Source: Geosiphon pyriformis uo1 (Eukaryota; Fungi; Glomeromycota). Taken from it: a stretch of DNA of 64,000 nt. The stretch's first letter is position 1, and each line of letters opens with the position of its first letter. The stretch covers positions 96,203-160,202 of the forward strand of contig JAAOMT010000727.1 of NCBI GenBank assembly GCA_016748015.1, in the 5' to 3' direction. Of this stretch, positions 1 to 14,317 are shown one piece after another. The translations under genes and the position numbers were made by a program. The notes under the pieces were generated by a model. That model was not told the DNA's origin. It did no database searches and worked only from the letters and a program-made list of their open reading frames with translations.

Positions 1-2010
1 ATAAGATACATTTTCTTAAAGAAAGAAGCTTTTTTTTTATACAACTTGCTGTAGTACTAGTTTTTGAATTTGCACTTTTCTTTTTGCTATAATTTCGGCA
101 AATTAAAAATACATTTTAGCAAACTACAAGTTATTTCTACAAATTATTAATTATTTTAGCCAATTTCTACTAATTTTGGCAAATTTTTAAATATTAAATG
201 GTTTAAAGTATTGTGTAATTTAATTATCTTAATTTCTATAGTACAAATCGGATTATTAATTAAATAATAATATTTAATAATTTGATTAACTAATAAGTAA
301 TAATTAAAATAATAATAATATATACTAATTAATATAAGAAATTAGAAGGATAATTTCATGCTAATTAATTGGTTATTTAATTTTGTTCTACAATTTATTT
401 TTAAGTATTCTTGTTTATTACAGTAATGACAGATACATGTTTTTTGTTGCCATAATTGATTTAATTAATTAGAACCACAATTATAGTTTTCTAGATTATT
501 ATGATATTGAAAAAACTGATAAATTGTTTAATTATTAATTAAGTATTCCTCAATCTTTTGGTTGATTGTTTTTTCAAATTGTATTAATTTGGTATCTAAC
601 TCAAATGATTTGTTTATTATTAGATTTACAATTTGGGTATAATTGACTTTGAGTTTAGCTAACTCAAAATCTTTAGTATAAGTAACTGTACTTTGAAGTG
701 TAATTAAATGTAATAAGCATATTTGTTATAACAAATTGCTACATAATCTATAAATAAATTGATTCAAAATCTGTAATATTGTAAAATAGTCAATTACTTG
801 AATTTGGCATAAATTTTTGTAGAAATGTTCTAAATAAGTGATAATTGCTTTGTTATTACTTTGCTTAATTGTAGTAAAACCAGTTAATAACCAATTAATG
901 TTGTTGTAATTATTGAAATATTGTAGAAACACGACTTGAAATGTGTTAAAAGTTTGTGGTTTGTTGACTAGACTCTAATACTACAAGTTAGTTATATCTT
1001 CTAAAAAGTAGAAAATTATTTAAATAACTTTAGTGTTATCTTATTCATTGGCTGCAATAGCTTTTACCATATCATTTAATTATGCTTAAGTGTTATTTTG
1101 TTTACTGGTAAATTTTTTAAGTTTAAAAATTGATGCATATGTTATTTGTCCTAAAAGTAAATTAATTGGTGATTAATAGAGATGGCTATTAGTATAATAG
1201 AAGAATTAATTTAGATAACTGAAGGTAAATTATTGTTAACAATAGGAGTAGAGTTTGAATTTTTTGGGTTTTGCTAAGTTTAAACTTCTGGATTATTTGG
1301 AATTGGGTTTTAATTATTGTTTTTTTATTGTTGTTTTCTTTTTCTTTTGATTCAATTTTTGTTCAATTATTAATAAATTTGAAATTTGATTAAAGTGGCA
1401 ATGTTTAGAGTTCTAATAAAGTTGTTAGTTGTAATTTAAATTTTTTAAATAAATTGTTATAGGTTTTTAATAGTTTAGTTTTTTTTGATTACTTTAAAAT
1501 AGTATTCATGCTAATAGTATTTTTGATGTAGATATAACTGTTAATATTATTTAAATAGTGCTTTTGTGCCTATGATGATATAATATGTAGATAGGTAAAA
1601 TAAATCTTGGTTTTTTTCGGATAAGCAGTTATATTTTTTTTGGTGTTTTTGCTAAGATTTTAACTTTTTTTTTCTTTGTTTGCAAAGATAATAAGATTAA
1701 TGTAATAAACAGATAATTTTGTGGAAGTGTAGTGCTTTAAAATAATTTACTGTAGAAATTTTTGAAAGTGGTTTTTGAATTTTCTTGGTCTTTTAAGTAA
1801 AATATAATTTTTTTATTAACATAAAAGTTAAAAGCTAATTCTGCTAATCAATAATTACTTGTCAGTTTAAAGTAAGTTTGATAATGTTGAAATAAAGTCT
1901 TTGTAAATCTCAAGTGATTTGTTCTTATTATTTCTAATTTTGCTACTATTTTGAATAATAAATGTTAGTACTGATTTTTTGTTAAATTATACCTTATAAA
2001 AAGCACCAAA
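1..2010 (-). mobile_element. Ty3/Gypsy element A, internal gag region (degenerate), continuing off the left edge
   Basis: Reverse complement is homologous to the gag of the complete element at 51505-53000. It begins at a PBS next to the LTR at 2011. Bases 1-370 also match 47935-48310. Confidence 0.8.
1993..2010 (-). promoter_or_regulatory. Primer-binding site of Gypsy A (TTTGGTGCTTTTTATAAG)
   Basis: TGG-containing motif directly after the LTR end; same motif at 51442 (TTTGGTGTTTCTTATAAG). Confidence 0.65.
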
Positions 2011-2795
2011 TATTACAAATAATTATTTGAAGTGTTAAAACAAATAACAAATCTGTAACTTGATGCTTAATAATTATTCTTAATAATAATTTTTGAAGAT
2101 TTTGGTATTTAAAGGTTTTGGTTAAGTCTTTTGTATAATAAATAAAAATTCAAGTAATGATTTTTCCTCAATTTCTGTTTTTAGCATAATAACTTGTTTA
2201 ATCTGACAGTCATGTTCTTTTAGTAAGCTATTCTTAAGTTTTTTATTCTTGTTTTATGAGTTTTTTACCAGATTATTTTTGATATTAATTACTCAATACT
2301 TAATTTTTTAATCAATTAGTAAATAACAAAACCAAATAAAAAATTAGTATTTTGTTAATAGTCATGATCAAGAGTTATTGGTCTAGTATAGTTAAGTATT
2401 GAATTTTATTAACATAAATTGTTAATAGTATGAAAGTAATTAATATTTTTTAATCAAGCAATAATAATATAAATTGAATAGTAATAGATATTTTTATTGA
2501 TATAAATATAATTCTACTTTAAATTATAGAAAACTATTTTTTAAAAAGAAAAATATTTGTTAATTATTAATTAATTATTATTATTCTGTTTTTTTTGTTT
2601 TTAATACTTTTGTTATATATACATAATTCGTGTTATATAAGATTTTATACATTTCTACTTTTTTTTATACTACTTTTTAAAAATGTGTTTATTCTTAAAA
2701 ATGTCCTTATTTATTAATTACAATTTTTTTATTGGTTTATTTTTTTATGATCTGTTTTTTTTATTTTTTCTTGTACTTTTTTTTTATGATTAACA
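2011..2795 (-). repeat. 5' LTR of Gypsy A
   Basis: On the minus strand it starts TGTTAATC and ends TGTAATA (mutated TGTAACA). Homologous to LTRs at 4701-5516 and 48311-49093. Confidence 0.8.
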
Positions 2796-3240
2796 ATAAT
2801 TGTCATGCAAAATAGAAAATAGAATTATTATTATTCAATTATACAGTACACTATAAAAAAAAATACCAATAATTTGTTACAAATAAAACATTTCAATTCA
2901 AAAATATTTCAAAAAATAAATACATAAAAATATTAAAAATTCTATTATTATATTAATACTTAATAGTTTAAAAAAAAATTATCTCAAAAAAAACAAAACA
3001 ACATAAAACAACAATTAAAATACTTTATTACTTACCAAAATATATTTTATTGAAAAAACAAAAAAAATTTAAACCAGCCATTTAAAGTAATTACAAAACC
3101 AGAGAAAAAAACAGTACTATTTAATATATACTTAGATTCAATAACAGAACATTTTTATAAAAAAGCAAACATGAAAAAACTCCAAAAAAATACTATTAGC
3201 TATCAATATATTTAAACATTATTTAATATGTTCAAAATTG

Positions 3241-3650
3241 NNNNNNNNNNNNNNNNNNNNNNNNNNNNNNNNNNNNNNNNNNNNNNNNNNNNNNNNNNNN
3301 NNNNNNNNNNNNNNNNNNNNNNNNNNNNNNNNNNNNNNNNNNNNNNNNNNNNNNNNNNNNNNNNNNNNNNNNNNNNNNNNNNNNNNNNNNNNNNNNNNNN
3401 NNNNNNNNNNNNNNNNNNNNNNNNNNNNNNNNNNNNNNNNNNNNNNNNNNNNNNNNNNNNNNNNNNNNNNNNNNNNNNNNNNNNNNNNNNNNNNNNNNNN
3501 NNNNNNNNNNNNNNNNNNNNNNNNNNNNNNNNNNNNNNNNNNNNNNNNNNNNNNNNNNNNNNNNNNNNNNNNNNNNNNNNNNNNNNNNNNNNNNNNNNNN
3601 NNNNNNNNNNNNNNNNNNNNNNNNNNNNNNNNNNNNNNNNNNNNNNNNNN
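3241..3650. other. Assembly gap (410 N) inside the integrase of Gypsy B
   Basis: N run. Its flanks map to about 57868 and 58571 of element D, so roughly 700 bp would be expected. Confidence 0.95.
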
Positions 3651-4700
3651 AAAATGACATAATAATCAATTATCAAATAAATTGGTCAAATTCAAAATTG
3701 AAAACAAAGTATTTTTACATTATATCAAAACAAAAAAACAATAGAGTAAAAAGTTTAATTTCAAATAAAATAATCTATTTTACATCAAAAAAATTCAAAA
3801 AAATAGAGCTTATAAATTAAGATAAAATAACAAAATTTTAATCAAAGTAGTACATGATAATTGATTGAAACCATATTACAATATAGTTATATTATTTATC
3901 AATAATATTTTACAACTAAGAGTACAAAGAATATTAGTCAAATTAGATAAAATTTTACAAGATTTGGAATTAATTATAATTATTAAAAAAAATGCAAAAA
4001 AGTAAATTAAGTTAATAGTATATAAAAACACAGTATATATAACAAAAGCAACAATAAAAGATAAAAATCTCAAACCACATCCATACAATAACACAACAAT
4101 TATTTTAAATTATAAATCAACAACAATTAAACATAAAAATAATTATTAATTTCAAATAATTTGTTATAAAACACAAAAAAAAAGCAAAAATTATTTTATA
4201 TTAGCAACCACAAAACTAAACAAAGCACTAATCAAATAAAATTATAGAAAAAGTAAAAAACACTTTTAGAAAAATACTAATTACTATTTCAATTGAAAAA
4301 TTAATTAAAAAAAATTAAAAGCTATAGATGAAACAATTTCTAATAGCATATTGCTATTATCAGTTAAAACAAAAGCTAAATATTTAGAAATTATATATTA
4401 ACAAATCCAAAAAATTTTCAATTAAAAAATAGTACAACAAATTAAAAACTTTATCAAAAAAAACAAATTCTATACTATACATCAAAACAATTTATCGATT
4501 ATATATTATATTTTATAATTATTTAGAAATACTACTATTTTTAGACATAAAAACAATAACTATTAACCAGTAGAAAAAAATAACCAATTCTTAATTCAAA
4601 GACATAAGAACCAGAATTGAACAAATAATATTAGAAAAAAAAGTAATAAACTTAATTCAAATAAAAATTTCAATAGAACTTAATATTAAAAAAAAGATAA

Positions 4701-5516
4701 TATTATTCATAGAAAAAAAATACAAAAAAAAGATAAAAAACAGATTATAAAATCGACTAATAAAAAAATAGTATTTAATAAGTAAGTATATTTTTAGGAA
4801 ATTATAACATATTTTTAGAAAATTACAACATATTTTCAAGAATGAGTACATTTCCAGAAAATAATGTAAAAAAAAGTAAAAATATGTAAAATTTTATATA
4901 ATATAAATTATGTATATATAGTAAAAGTATTAAAAACAAAACAGAAACAAATAATTAATAGTTAGCAAATATTTTTTTTTCAAAAAATAGTTTTTTATAA
5001 CTTAAAGTGGAATTATATTCATATTAATAAAATATTTATTATTATCTAATTTATATTTATATTATCAACAACCTATGTTGATAGAATCTAATATTTAACT
5101 ATATTGAACTAATAGCTTTTGATTATGGCTATTAACAAAATATTAATTTTTTATTTCTTTTCATATTTTTTTTATTTTTTTTTATTTTTATTTTTTTGTT
5201 ATTTATTAATTAATTAAGAGATTAAGTATTGAGTAATTAACATAAAGAATAGCCTAGTAAAAAATCCATAAAACAAGAATAGAAAACTTAAAGATAGTTT
5301 ATTAAAAGAGCATAACTGCCAAATTAAACCAGTCACTATACTAAAAAAAAAATTTACAAAAGAAACAACCAGTTTGAATTTTCGTCTATTATACAAAAAA
5401 TTTAACCAAAACCTTTAGATCACAAAACTTTCAGAAATTATTATTATCAATAACTATTAAATACCAAATTACAGATTTGTTATTTATTTCAACACCCCAA
5501 ATAATCATCTGTAACA
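4701..5516 (+). repeat. 3' LTR of Gypsy B
   Basis: TA(TG)TTATTCAT...CATCTGTAACA after a PPT. Contains an internal ~21-bp repeat array and the ATGTATATATAG box. Confidence 0.85.
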
Positions 5517-7554
5517 GTATATATAATAAGTATAATATCTTAAAAAAGATAATTTTTTGGTTTTGGCAGATATTTTAATTTAGTTTTCTATTTTGTTATA
5601 AGCTTAGTAATCAAAAATGCTTTAAAAAAAACAAAAAATTTAGCTAATGCTTTAGAATATGCAAAAAACTTATAATTTAGTAGATTAATCACATCTGCAA
5701 AAATGCTTATTAAAGATTAAAATATGTTTAAAGTTTATTAAATTTTCTAGTTATATTCATAATAGCTATATTAATAAAATTATGACAAATTTTGGCTTAA
5801 TTAGTAAGTATACAGTTTATAATAATCTGAATTAAAGTAAAATGTTTTTTTTTATATAAAGAATTTTTTATAATCTAATTTATGTAAAGTTTGAAAACAT
5901 AATTTTTTTTAGTTATAAAATTGACTTTAAATATGTAATTAGAACCAATAAAGTTGAATTTTATATAAAATTGATATTATTTTTAATAGTATATGTTTTT
6001 ATTAATAATACAATTTGAATTAAACACAGTTATTTAGCTATGCAAAATATTTTGAATATTATTAATAAGTTTTTTAATATTAATAATATAGTTATTAATA
6101 TGAAAATTTTAATTATAAATAATTTATTATATTAATTATTAAACCTAATAAGCCTTACAAATATCTAGAAATTTATATATTATTAAAAAATTTTTTAATG
6201 TCTATCTTAAAAAAAACCAGTTTTAATGTCAAATTTTTTTTAGTAATTGTTCAATAAAAAACTATTTAACACAAACAATTTACATATTTGGTTTTTGCTG
6301 TTTTGTATCTTATTTTGTGCTATAAAATACAATTTAGTTTTGTTAATAAATATTTATATACAAAATAAAATCTAATTATTAAGCATAATTTAAAGTTTAA
6401 TACTAATTTGTCAAAAAATTTTTCAAGTAATATAATGTATTATCTCTTATTTTACAATCTAAAGTCTTTTAACCAAGCTTAAATTAAAAATAAAATTGCT
6501 TTTATTGCTAATTTTGCTAATATTAATAGCATTTTAAGATAGTTTTTAAATATAAAATTATAGATTTACAAGTTATTGTTTTTAAGTATTATTATAATTC
6601 TTCTGTTTTAGATATTATAAAAATTATTAAGTATTTTAAAATTGTCAAATTTTTGAAGTATTTTAGAATAATATTAACTAAACAATTTTTGAACAGCCTA
6701 AAAAAGTGTTTTTTTTAGAAAAGTTTTTAATGTTAAAAATAATTAAATTTTAAGAGTTTTGATTTTTTTGATGTTTAAATTTGTATTTTTAGAGAGTTTT
6801 GTAAATTTTAATTTATCTTTTCAAGTTTTTATTAAGTTAAGTATATTAAATATGCTAGATTTTTTTTAATATCAAATCTACTTTAAAAAATAATAATTCA
6901 AATATTTTATTAATCTTTACAGATAATTTTGTTAATAATTTTAGTTTATTTTTTGTTACTGATAATACAACAACATATTTTTTTAGTTTAAATTTATATA
7001 TAAATATACAAGTAAACAATCTGTTCTTCTTAATTTTGATTGAATTATTAGTTTTTATTTTGTTTTTTAAGTGTGTTTTTTTTTTATGTCAAAATTTTTT
7101 CAGATAGCCAAGTTACTATTAATGCTTATTATTTGAATTGTATTTGTTAAAACTCAATTTTTAAAATTTTTATTAAATAAAATATTATTATATGATTAAT
7201 ATTATTTATAATAAGAGTTTGTTTATTAAGTAAATAAAAATAAAAAAATATTTAAAGATTATAAACAATAAATATGCTAATGTTTTAGCAAATTTTACAA
7301 CCTATTCTGATTTGATACTTTTTACTAATGTGTTTAAAAACTATATAATAGCTTGTAAAAAAGCTGTTTTAGATAATATTGTTTGAAAAATCTTATAAAA
7401 AATGAATTTTAATGTCTAATATAATGAGTTTTTTGTATGTTAATAATATTAATTGAGAAGCAATAGTCTTAATATAACATCTTAACTTATATATAGCAAC
7501 TGGTTTTACTAATAAATTTACAACAAGTTTGTATATTTATATTGTAAAAACTTT
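5517..7554 (+). pseudogene. Old, heavily decayed LINE ORF2 (RT, RNase H, start of C-terminal region), fragment 1
   Basis: Residual matches to the DNFSVL, QDMRKAYD, KQFxYLV and GFT motifs of the younger LINEs; extreme AT shift. Confidence 0.75.
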
Positions 7555-7689
7555 TTATTATTATTATTATTATTTAATGAGTGAAGTCCAAACGCAACTT
7601 AAAACTATACATTAAAGAAATAATCTAAACTAAGTGCAAATCATGTACTTTCTACACGTGGCCAGCCACTCAAGCCAGTCAAGACAACA

Positions 7690-10600
7690 CTACACATCTA
7701 TATTAACAGAAACCGAGTCACCAATACCTGAAAAAAATGAACAAGATTTGTGAAAACCAAAATGAATGCCAAAAGCTTCAGTAATACCAAGCAATTTAAC
7801 CACACCACCCGAGAACCTTGAAACCAAACCAGAAACTGAGACAGAAATCGAGCCATCCACTGAAATCAGGCCATTTTTTTCAATGTATGCATGATGCTTG
7901 GCACAAACCAACCAAACGTTATTCCTGAAAGCAACACAAAGGAAGCATACAAAATCAGTAATCTTGACACTAGCAACCTTGGGATCATGAAAGATGAAAA
8001 CAGCCTCCCAAAACCATCCTCTGAAAACAAAACCCTTGTAAAGGGCTGAGGACACCAAGAAATCTGAAGCACAGATTGACAGCAGCTGCAATACATTAGA
8101 AAAAGAGATGGAAAGACCAAAAATTGCCTTCTAAGAAGACATACAGGATTCCAAAACCTGACAACAAGCTGAATCATTAATTACACAAAAAAACACATAA
8201 TCAGATACCTCCATTTCACCACAATACAGACACAGAACACTCAGGTAACATCTATCATAAATGCACTTTTGAACAGCCATGGGAAGCTGATAGTGCAAAG
8301 CCTTCATTAAGTAAGTACGAACGTCAGTAGTGCACCTGCTGGTGAAACCTGTTGCCATATGTGAATCAAGATGCCAAACCCTGGAAGAGCTAGGCCAATC
8401 AATATTCAAGTACAAATCTCTAGGTAGAAACTCAGAACTGGAACCAATCTCCCAATGTGTCTAACAAATAGCACGAAAAACGTTTCAAACAAAGTATTTA
8501 GAATTACCAGACACAATACCATTATCCGCCAACAAAAAATGTTTATCAATACAAAGAGAAAGAAACCAATTATAGAGAGTCACAGTGTCAGCAATGCTGT
8601 CAGCTTGATTATTCCCCAATACACCAGAGTGACCCTTAACCTTGTGCCAGCTAACCCTTAAATTCTTACTGCGAATAACATTCCAAATATGTTGGCGCTC
8701 GACCCAGCACTGATTGTGAAAGTCAGGATACACCAAGTCAACCTTTGACATGCAAGCATCCAAGGCTGCCTAACTGTCTGAAAACAGACAAACAGAGTGA
8801 GCCACAGGTACACACTCCAGAGCCAATGCTATAACCTGCAATTCTACCAAAGTAGATGACACCAAACCCCAAACACTGATACCCAAACCCAAGTTAATGT
8901 CCTCAAAAAAGGCAGTGGCCCCAGTTTTACAACCAGTCATGCCCAAATTTTTTAACGACCCATCTGTATATACAGACAAACTATCAGCATCAACCTGAGA
9001 GAGATGATCACATACAGACACAAAATCATTAGAACCACAAATGTTAACAGGACCAACACCAACCGAAACTGAGGGAGAAAAATGAGAGGCCACAAGAAAC
9101 TTGACTGAACGTTCGAACCACTCAGAGACTGGACCACGAGGATCCAGCCTCTTCCATTGCTTAAAGGTGAGCCAGCTAAAAACATTACTATGGCGATTCC
9201 GAAGCTGGTCCACGAAGGCAACACCATAACACCAAAGGGACAGCAAAAACTTGAAAAACAAAAATTCACCAAGAACAACAGACATAAGAACCCCACTGCA
9301 AAACCAGAAAGCACTGGCCAAAGAACTACCCAAAGACAGCTTGCAGTCAAGAAGAATAGAAACCACACCAGCCAAGAAATTATTAGAAACACTGACACAA
9401 ATGTGAGTAGGAGAGATCAAGGGATAAATAAGCCACCAGCACAGAACTTGCAAGTTATGAGACCTGTGACTGAACATACGCCCCAAAATCCCGATAGAGT
9501 TTGTGAAACTGATAAGTGAAGCAACCTTATTTTCTGATTGACACTGTGAAAAAGACTTTAAACCATAAAAGGAAGAATGGTAGATTGTATTACTAGGAAA
9601 ATCCTGCGGGAAACCAGATTTAAGTTTCAAACATTTGCGAACCAGAGTGTCCCATTTGTTGCACATGCCAACAGGAACCAAGCTGAACTGCATTCTATAG
9701 CTGATTATAGGATAAAGGACTGCCAACACCAGATACAAAAATTGCTTATTCGAAACCACTTTCTTCAAGACCAGATTAGTGAAAAATGAACATCTGAATT
9801 TGCCTTAATCAAACTAGACTTCGAAAGACCCTCAGTCAAGAGAAAAATACCCAAGTACTGATGAGATTCACCTCTTTTGACAATGAAGATTGGCGAGCCA
9901 CTGATAGAAAAAAAAGGATTGTTGACTCTACTATTAATAAGAATTGCCACTGTCTTGTTGTTATTGATTGAAATGTCATTAATATGAAAAAATTTGCCAG
10001 TTACATTGAGAATATGTTGAGTAGTACTTTAATTGCTACCAACCCAGATTGTATCATTGACAAAAGCACCAGCAGCAAAAAAGGAAGAAAGCCCAGCCTA
10101 AGATTTGATATGACCACTTTTAGACACAAAATGAGAATTCAACCTATATCCACACACACTTCCTTGACACTTGACTTCACACAATAGAGGGTCATAAAAT
10201 ATACATCATAGAAGCAGGAAAAAAATCTTTCCTTAATTCAAACTATTGTGCACATGATAGCCATTCATCAAACTGAAATCTGTTATCACACAGTTGGTGC
10301 AATTCTTATAAATACTGCCCAAAAACCGAATAAATTTGCTGCACATCTTAATCCTGACCAAATTTTTCTTGAGGTGTTCCCAGCCAACCAAATCGTAAGC
10401 TTTCCACATGTCCTGTAAAACCAACCAGAGCTCCCGGTTTTTCTCTAGAGTATTTTCAACAACTGAACCAATAGCAAAAATAAGTGACTGAATTGCTGTA
10501 CCATTTAAAACTGAAAAATTGTCACCATGTAAAACATCATGAAAGCTGCAAGCCAGTGAGATCCTGTCTGAAAAAATTTTGGAGAGAATTTTGTGAGCAG

Positions 10601-12368
10601 TTTTGATCAAAGCAATAGGACGAGTATTTGTAAGAACACCCTTCCACTCATAGGACTTGGGAATTATTGAAACCCAAACCTCCCTCCAAGGACCAGATAT
10701 TGATTCACAAGATAGACAAGAATTTAACAAAACCAGAAGCAAACCCAAAACTGACTTATCACAATGTTTCCATAGTTTATTAGAGATACCTGAAAGACCA
10801 GTGGCTTTGCCATTAGGCAGATTAGAGACCACATAATACAACTCGTCAAAATCAATCACACACATTACTCCAGAGAAAGCCTCATCAAAAACGTAGTCCA
10901 AAAGTCAGTACTGACAAGACCAAGCATCAGAGACATCATCGACCACCAACCGCTTCCTGGTCTATCTTTTCATAATATCATCAACTTTAGATTTTACCAA
11001 ATCAGGCTCAAGAATTAACTCATCGCCCATGACCAAATGATCCAAAACCACCTTGTAGAAGGGTCATTCCAGCATGCTTTTGATCATGTAATCTTTATTT
11101 ACCTCAAAATTCTCCATTCTCTTATCTATAGCAGACCTGATGTTTGCTTTTTTAACTTTCAAAGACTCAGCAAGCTTGGATGCGCGATAAGATCTCCTAG
11201 CACCAAAGAGAGCAGAACGAACATTATTAGCGCCAGCACCAGAATCCACCAAACCCTGCACAACTGAAGCCCTAACATCGTCTAAAGAAACCCAACATTC
11301 TATAAGAGACTCAAAATTTGCAACACACTCCTTATGTAAGGTTTTGACAATCTTGAAAACCAAAAGCTCCAATTTGTGAAATCTCGAAGAATCCTTGGTG
11401 AAAACATTATCGAAGCCCTTAAACCACTTTTTTTTAAACACTTCACTAGCTGAGAGAACCAATATCTTGCGAACAATGTTCCACATTGCATCCAAGTCCG
11501 AAAACCACATGGAGATGGCAAACTCATCTGAGAACATTGTAGTATTGGCCAACATGGCACCTTTAAAATTGTTCTATCTAACCCTATCAGCACTTTTAAA
11601 ATCAAACTTCTAATGATCTTTATTTGCCTGTTTTCGAAGAAAATTCAACTGTGCATCCAAAAGCCCATCCAAGCCTATGGACACAGAAACAGTCTGGTGA
11701 TCCATGTCATAATGTTTGTCAACCTCCAAAACATCATGATGTACGATTGCACTAACCAGACTTGAGGAAACAAACACATAATCAATAGTCTTCTTTACAC
11801 CTCTTGAATTTTCTCACGTAAGACTTTTTGCAACTGGACTACCTGACAGAGAGTTGACTAGCCCCAAATTGAGGCACTTCTTAAAATTTGCACTTTTACA
11901 CAAACCATTTTTATTGAAATCACCCCCAAAAATAATGAAAGAAGATTTATTAACAGCCTTTGCAATGAGAGAGTTAACCTCACCAGCCTAAGAAAACTGA
12001 ACCACCAATGAAGCACCTGCATAAAGCCCCAAAATCAATACCGAAAGTTTATTTTTGAACAACAACTTGATAGATAAGAGCCAGCCAGGCACCTCAGAAA
12101 TTTTGCACACATGTTTCACCAAAAAAGAATTCATGATGATTACAACACCAGCACCCAGATAACCAGAATCCAAGCCAGATGTAAACACCCTTATACTATC
12201 AAATTTGTTAATAATCCAGGGGCAAACTCTCCCCTTTAACTTTGTTTCCATAAAAATTGAAATCAAATTGTTTATGTCATTGTGCCAATGAATGATGTCA
12301 TCCTGTTTTGCAGGATTGGTCATTCTTCTAACATTGCATGTGGCAACCTTTCAAATGAGCTTACTTAT
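7690..12368 (-). pseudogene. LINE ORF2: AP endonuclease, reverse transcriptase, RNase H, CCHC finger
   Basis: ATCNVR, ETKL, GGDFN, TIDY; RPIALI, QDMWKAYD, YLG; YTDGSL, ELQVI, SDSQ, KVKGHSG; CLYCGExExSD. Broken by transition-type stop codons. Confidence 0.9.
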
Positions 12369-14171
12369 TGAGAAAAGTGTTGAGAGTTTGCACTACCAGC
12401 CAAAACTGAACTTTCAAAATGAGCAGACAAGCTTAACACAGATTTGGAGAGTCCCTCCAACATATTTTTCAATCTGGTAACTTGGGGGGACACCGATGAG
12501 TCCACAATCGCAGCAGTCTCATTACTAGTAGTCTTACCCAAAGCCATTTCCATTACTATATCACCCTCTGGATTCTGTGATGGGGGGGTTACTGGCAGCT
12601 GACATCCAGGACTAGGCTGGGAAACTGTTGGCACAAGTGAATCCAACCTCTTAACCAACTCACCAATTTGTCCTGCAAGGCTAACGAGACTGCTTTCAAT
12701 ACTGACTAAACGTTCTTCCAATTCATCTGTAATGGGAGAGAGAGGTTTATCATTAATAATAGAACCAAATTGTGACTTGCTACCAGAGGGGGAGAGAGCG
12801 GGAGAAGCACCAACAACTAATGCCCAAGTTTTACCACTGAATGCCAGGAAACGGGAGATGGGAGCAGATTTTTTCGCATAAATCCTTGCCAGCCTGAGCT
12901 GGTCCTAAGCCGAAAGTGCAGCCTTTTTGCCATTCGGAACTGCAGCATTCTTGACAAACCTACAATTAAGAGACATATAACCAAAATTCTTGCAAACCAT
13001 ACATGATGCCAAAGAAAGACGAGACCAGTGGAGACCAACACCCTTTATAACCAGAGTCACTGCCATTGCATTAACCAAATCCAATTCAGAACCAAAACAC
13101 ACAGAGGCACAATAGGCATGAGAATAATTCAAGGGATTGTGATCAATAAAGCAAGTTTTTCTACTGATAGAATTAATAAAGTCTCACAAATCATGAACTG
13201 TGGTTCCCACGGAAAGAGTATGTAGCAAAGCCCTAAAACTATCCCTGGCATCCCATGATTGTTTGTCGATATTAGCCCTGGCCACATGAACCGCATCTTT
13301 TCCAATGAGGATGGACCACTTAAAAGCCAATAAATCAGCCTGTGTTTGATCTTCTAATTTGACGATTGCCTTCTACCACAAACCCACCAATTGCATTTTG
13401 ATTGTCTTAATCTTTCCAAATTCAGACACTGTAGCATGCACAGCCTCCACAGAAGTTTCCACCAGAATTTCCTTCAACACAATAGCCCAATTCATATGAT
13501 TGTCACCAGGGCACTTAAGATTGGTGTTTATCACAACACCACAATCATTTGCTATTTTTGCCGCCGCCATCATTGCCTTTTCAGAAGTGAAAGACGCCCA
13601 AATAACACCACCAAATTTTGAGGAGGTAGAGACCCCCCCCAAAACCATTCACACCAAAAAAAATTTTTCTGACATAAGCCAGTTTCTCTTGAGATGACTT
13701 GCCAGTGATCACTCTAAGATCAATATTTAGAGCAAAAGATTTCCTAACTGAGACCTGCACCATATATTTGAGAGAGAGAGGGGAAAGGAAAGAGAGTAAC
13801 CCATCCAAAATATTATCATCATCATCATTTTCCATGCTGAAGTTAATAGTGCCAAGAGGCTTCTCAAGAGTATGCTTGATAACAATCCTTTTGGGACCCT
13901 TAGGTGTCATATTAGTATCAACACTACCAGACTCTTCTCCATTTTCTTGCCTGAAGCTAGTTTCTTCCACCAGACATTCTTCCTTCATATTAATGCTATT
14001 GAACTCAGTAATATCGCCAGTTTTTGAACTTCATGAATGACTATTCTGAATCTTAATACCAACAACCTTATCACCAGAACTATTTTCTAGAGTACCACCT
14101 CTCCTCTTCTTTCTTGGAAGAACAGATTTGAAGCCATCATTAGAGCCAGAAACTTTAGCAGTCTTTTTCAT
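12365..14171 (-). pseudogene. LINE ORF1 (gag-like: RRM-like, CCHC knuckle, coiled coil)
   Basis: VNGFGG, IVLKEI, EFG, WSILIGKD, CxxCxxxGYxxxxC; ends ...SQ* overlapping the ORF2 start. Confidence 0.85.
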
Positions 14172-14317
14172 AACAACAATACTACAGCCAACAGTGGTCT
14201 CATAGTCAAGAATAAAGGGTTTGGATTTATCATACTGAATTGTGAAAATAACTTCTTTTTCAAAAAACTTTTGACTCTTTTTTGGGAATTTTGGACAAAG
14301 GAAAGAAAGAAGTTTTT

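Larger units (their letters stand above)
2796..5516 (+). mobile_element. Ty3/Gypsy element B, 3' part (end of RNase H, integrase, ORF3, PPT, 3' LTR), interrupted upstream by element A
   Basis: Colinear with 57395-60554 (KKYYY..SIYLNII.YVQN integrase zinc-finger region, C-terminal region, ORF3, purine tract 4687-4700). Confidence 0.8.
7555..14317 (-). mobile_element. LINE-1 (window numbering): full-length non-LTR retrotransposon, least decayed copy
   Basis: ORF1, ORF2, 3' UTR and (TAA)n tail. Probable TSD TTGTAAA(A/G)ACTTT at 7542-7554 and 14318-14330. Confidence 0.92.

Noticed and set aside
3212-3676. Four poly-X ORFs
   Set aside because: Artifacts of the N gap.
9157-9519. This and many other antisense or alternate-frame ORFs over the LINEs (e.g. 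13699-14040, 14983-15435, 32710-33243)
   Set aside because: Shadow frames of TE ORFs; no motifs and not conserved between copies.
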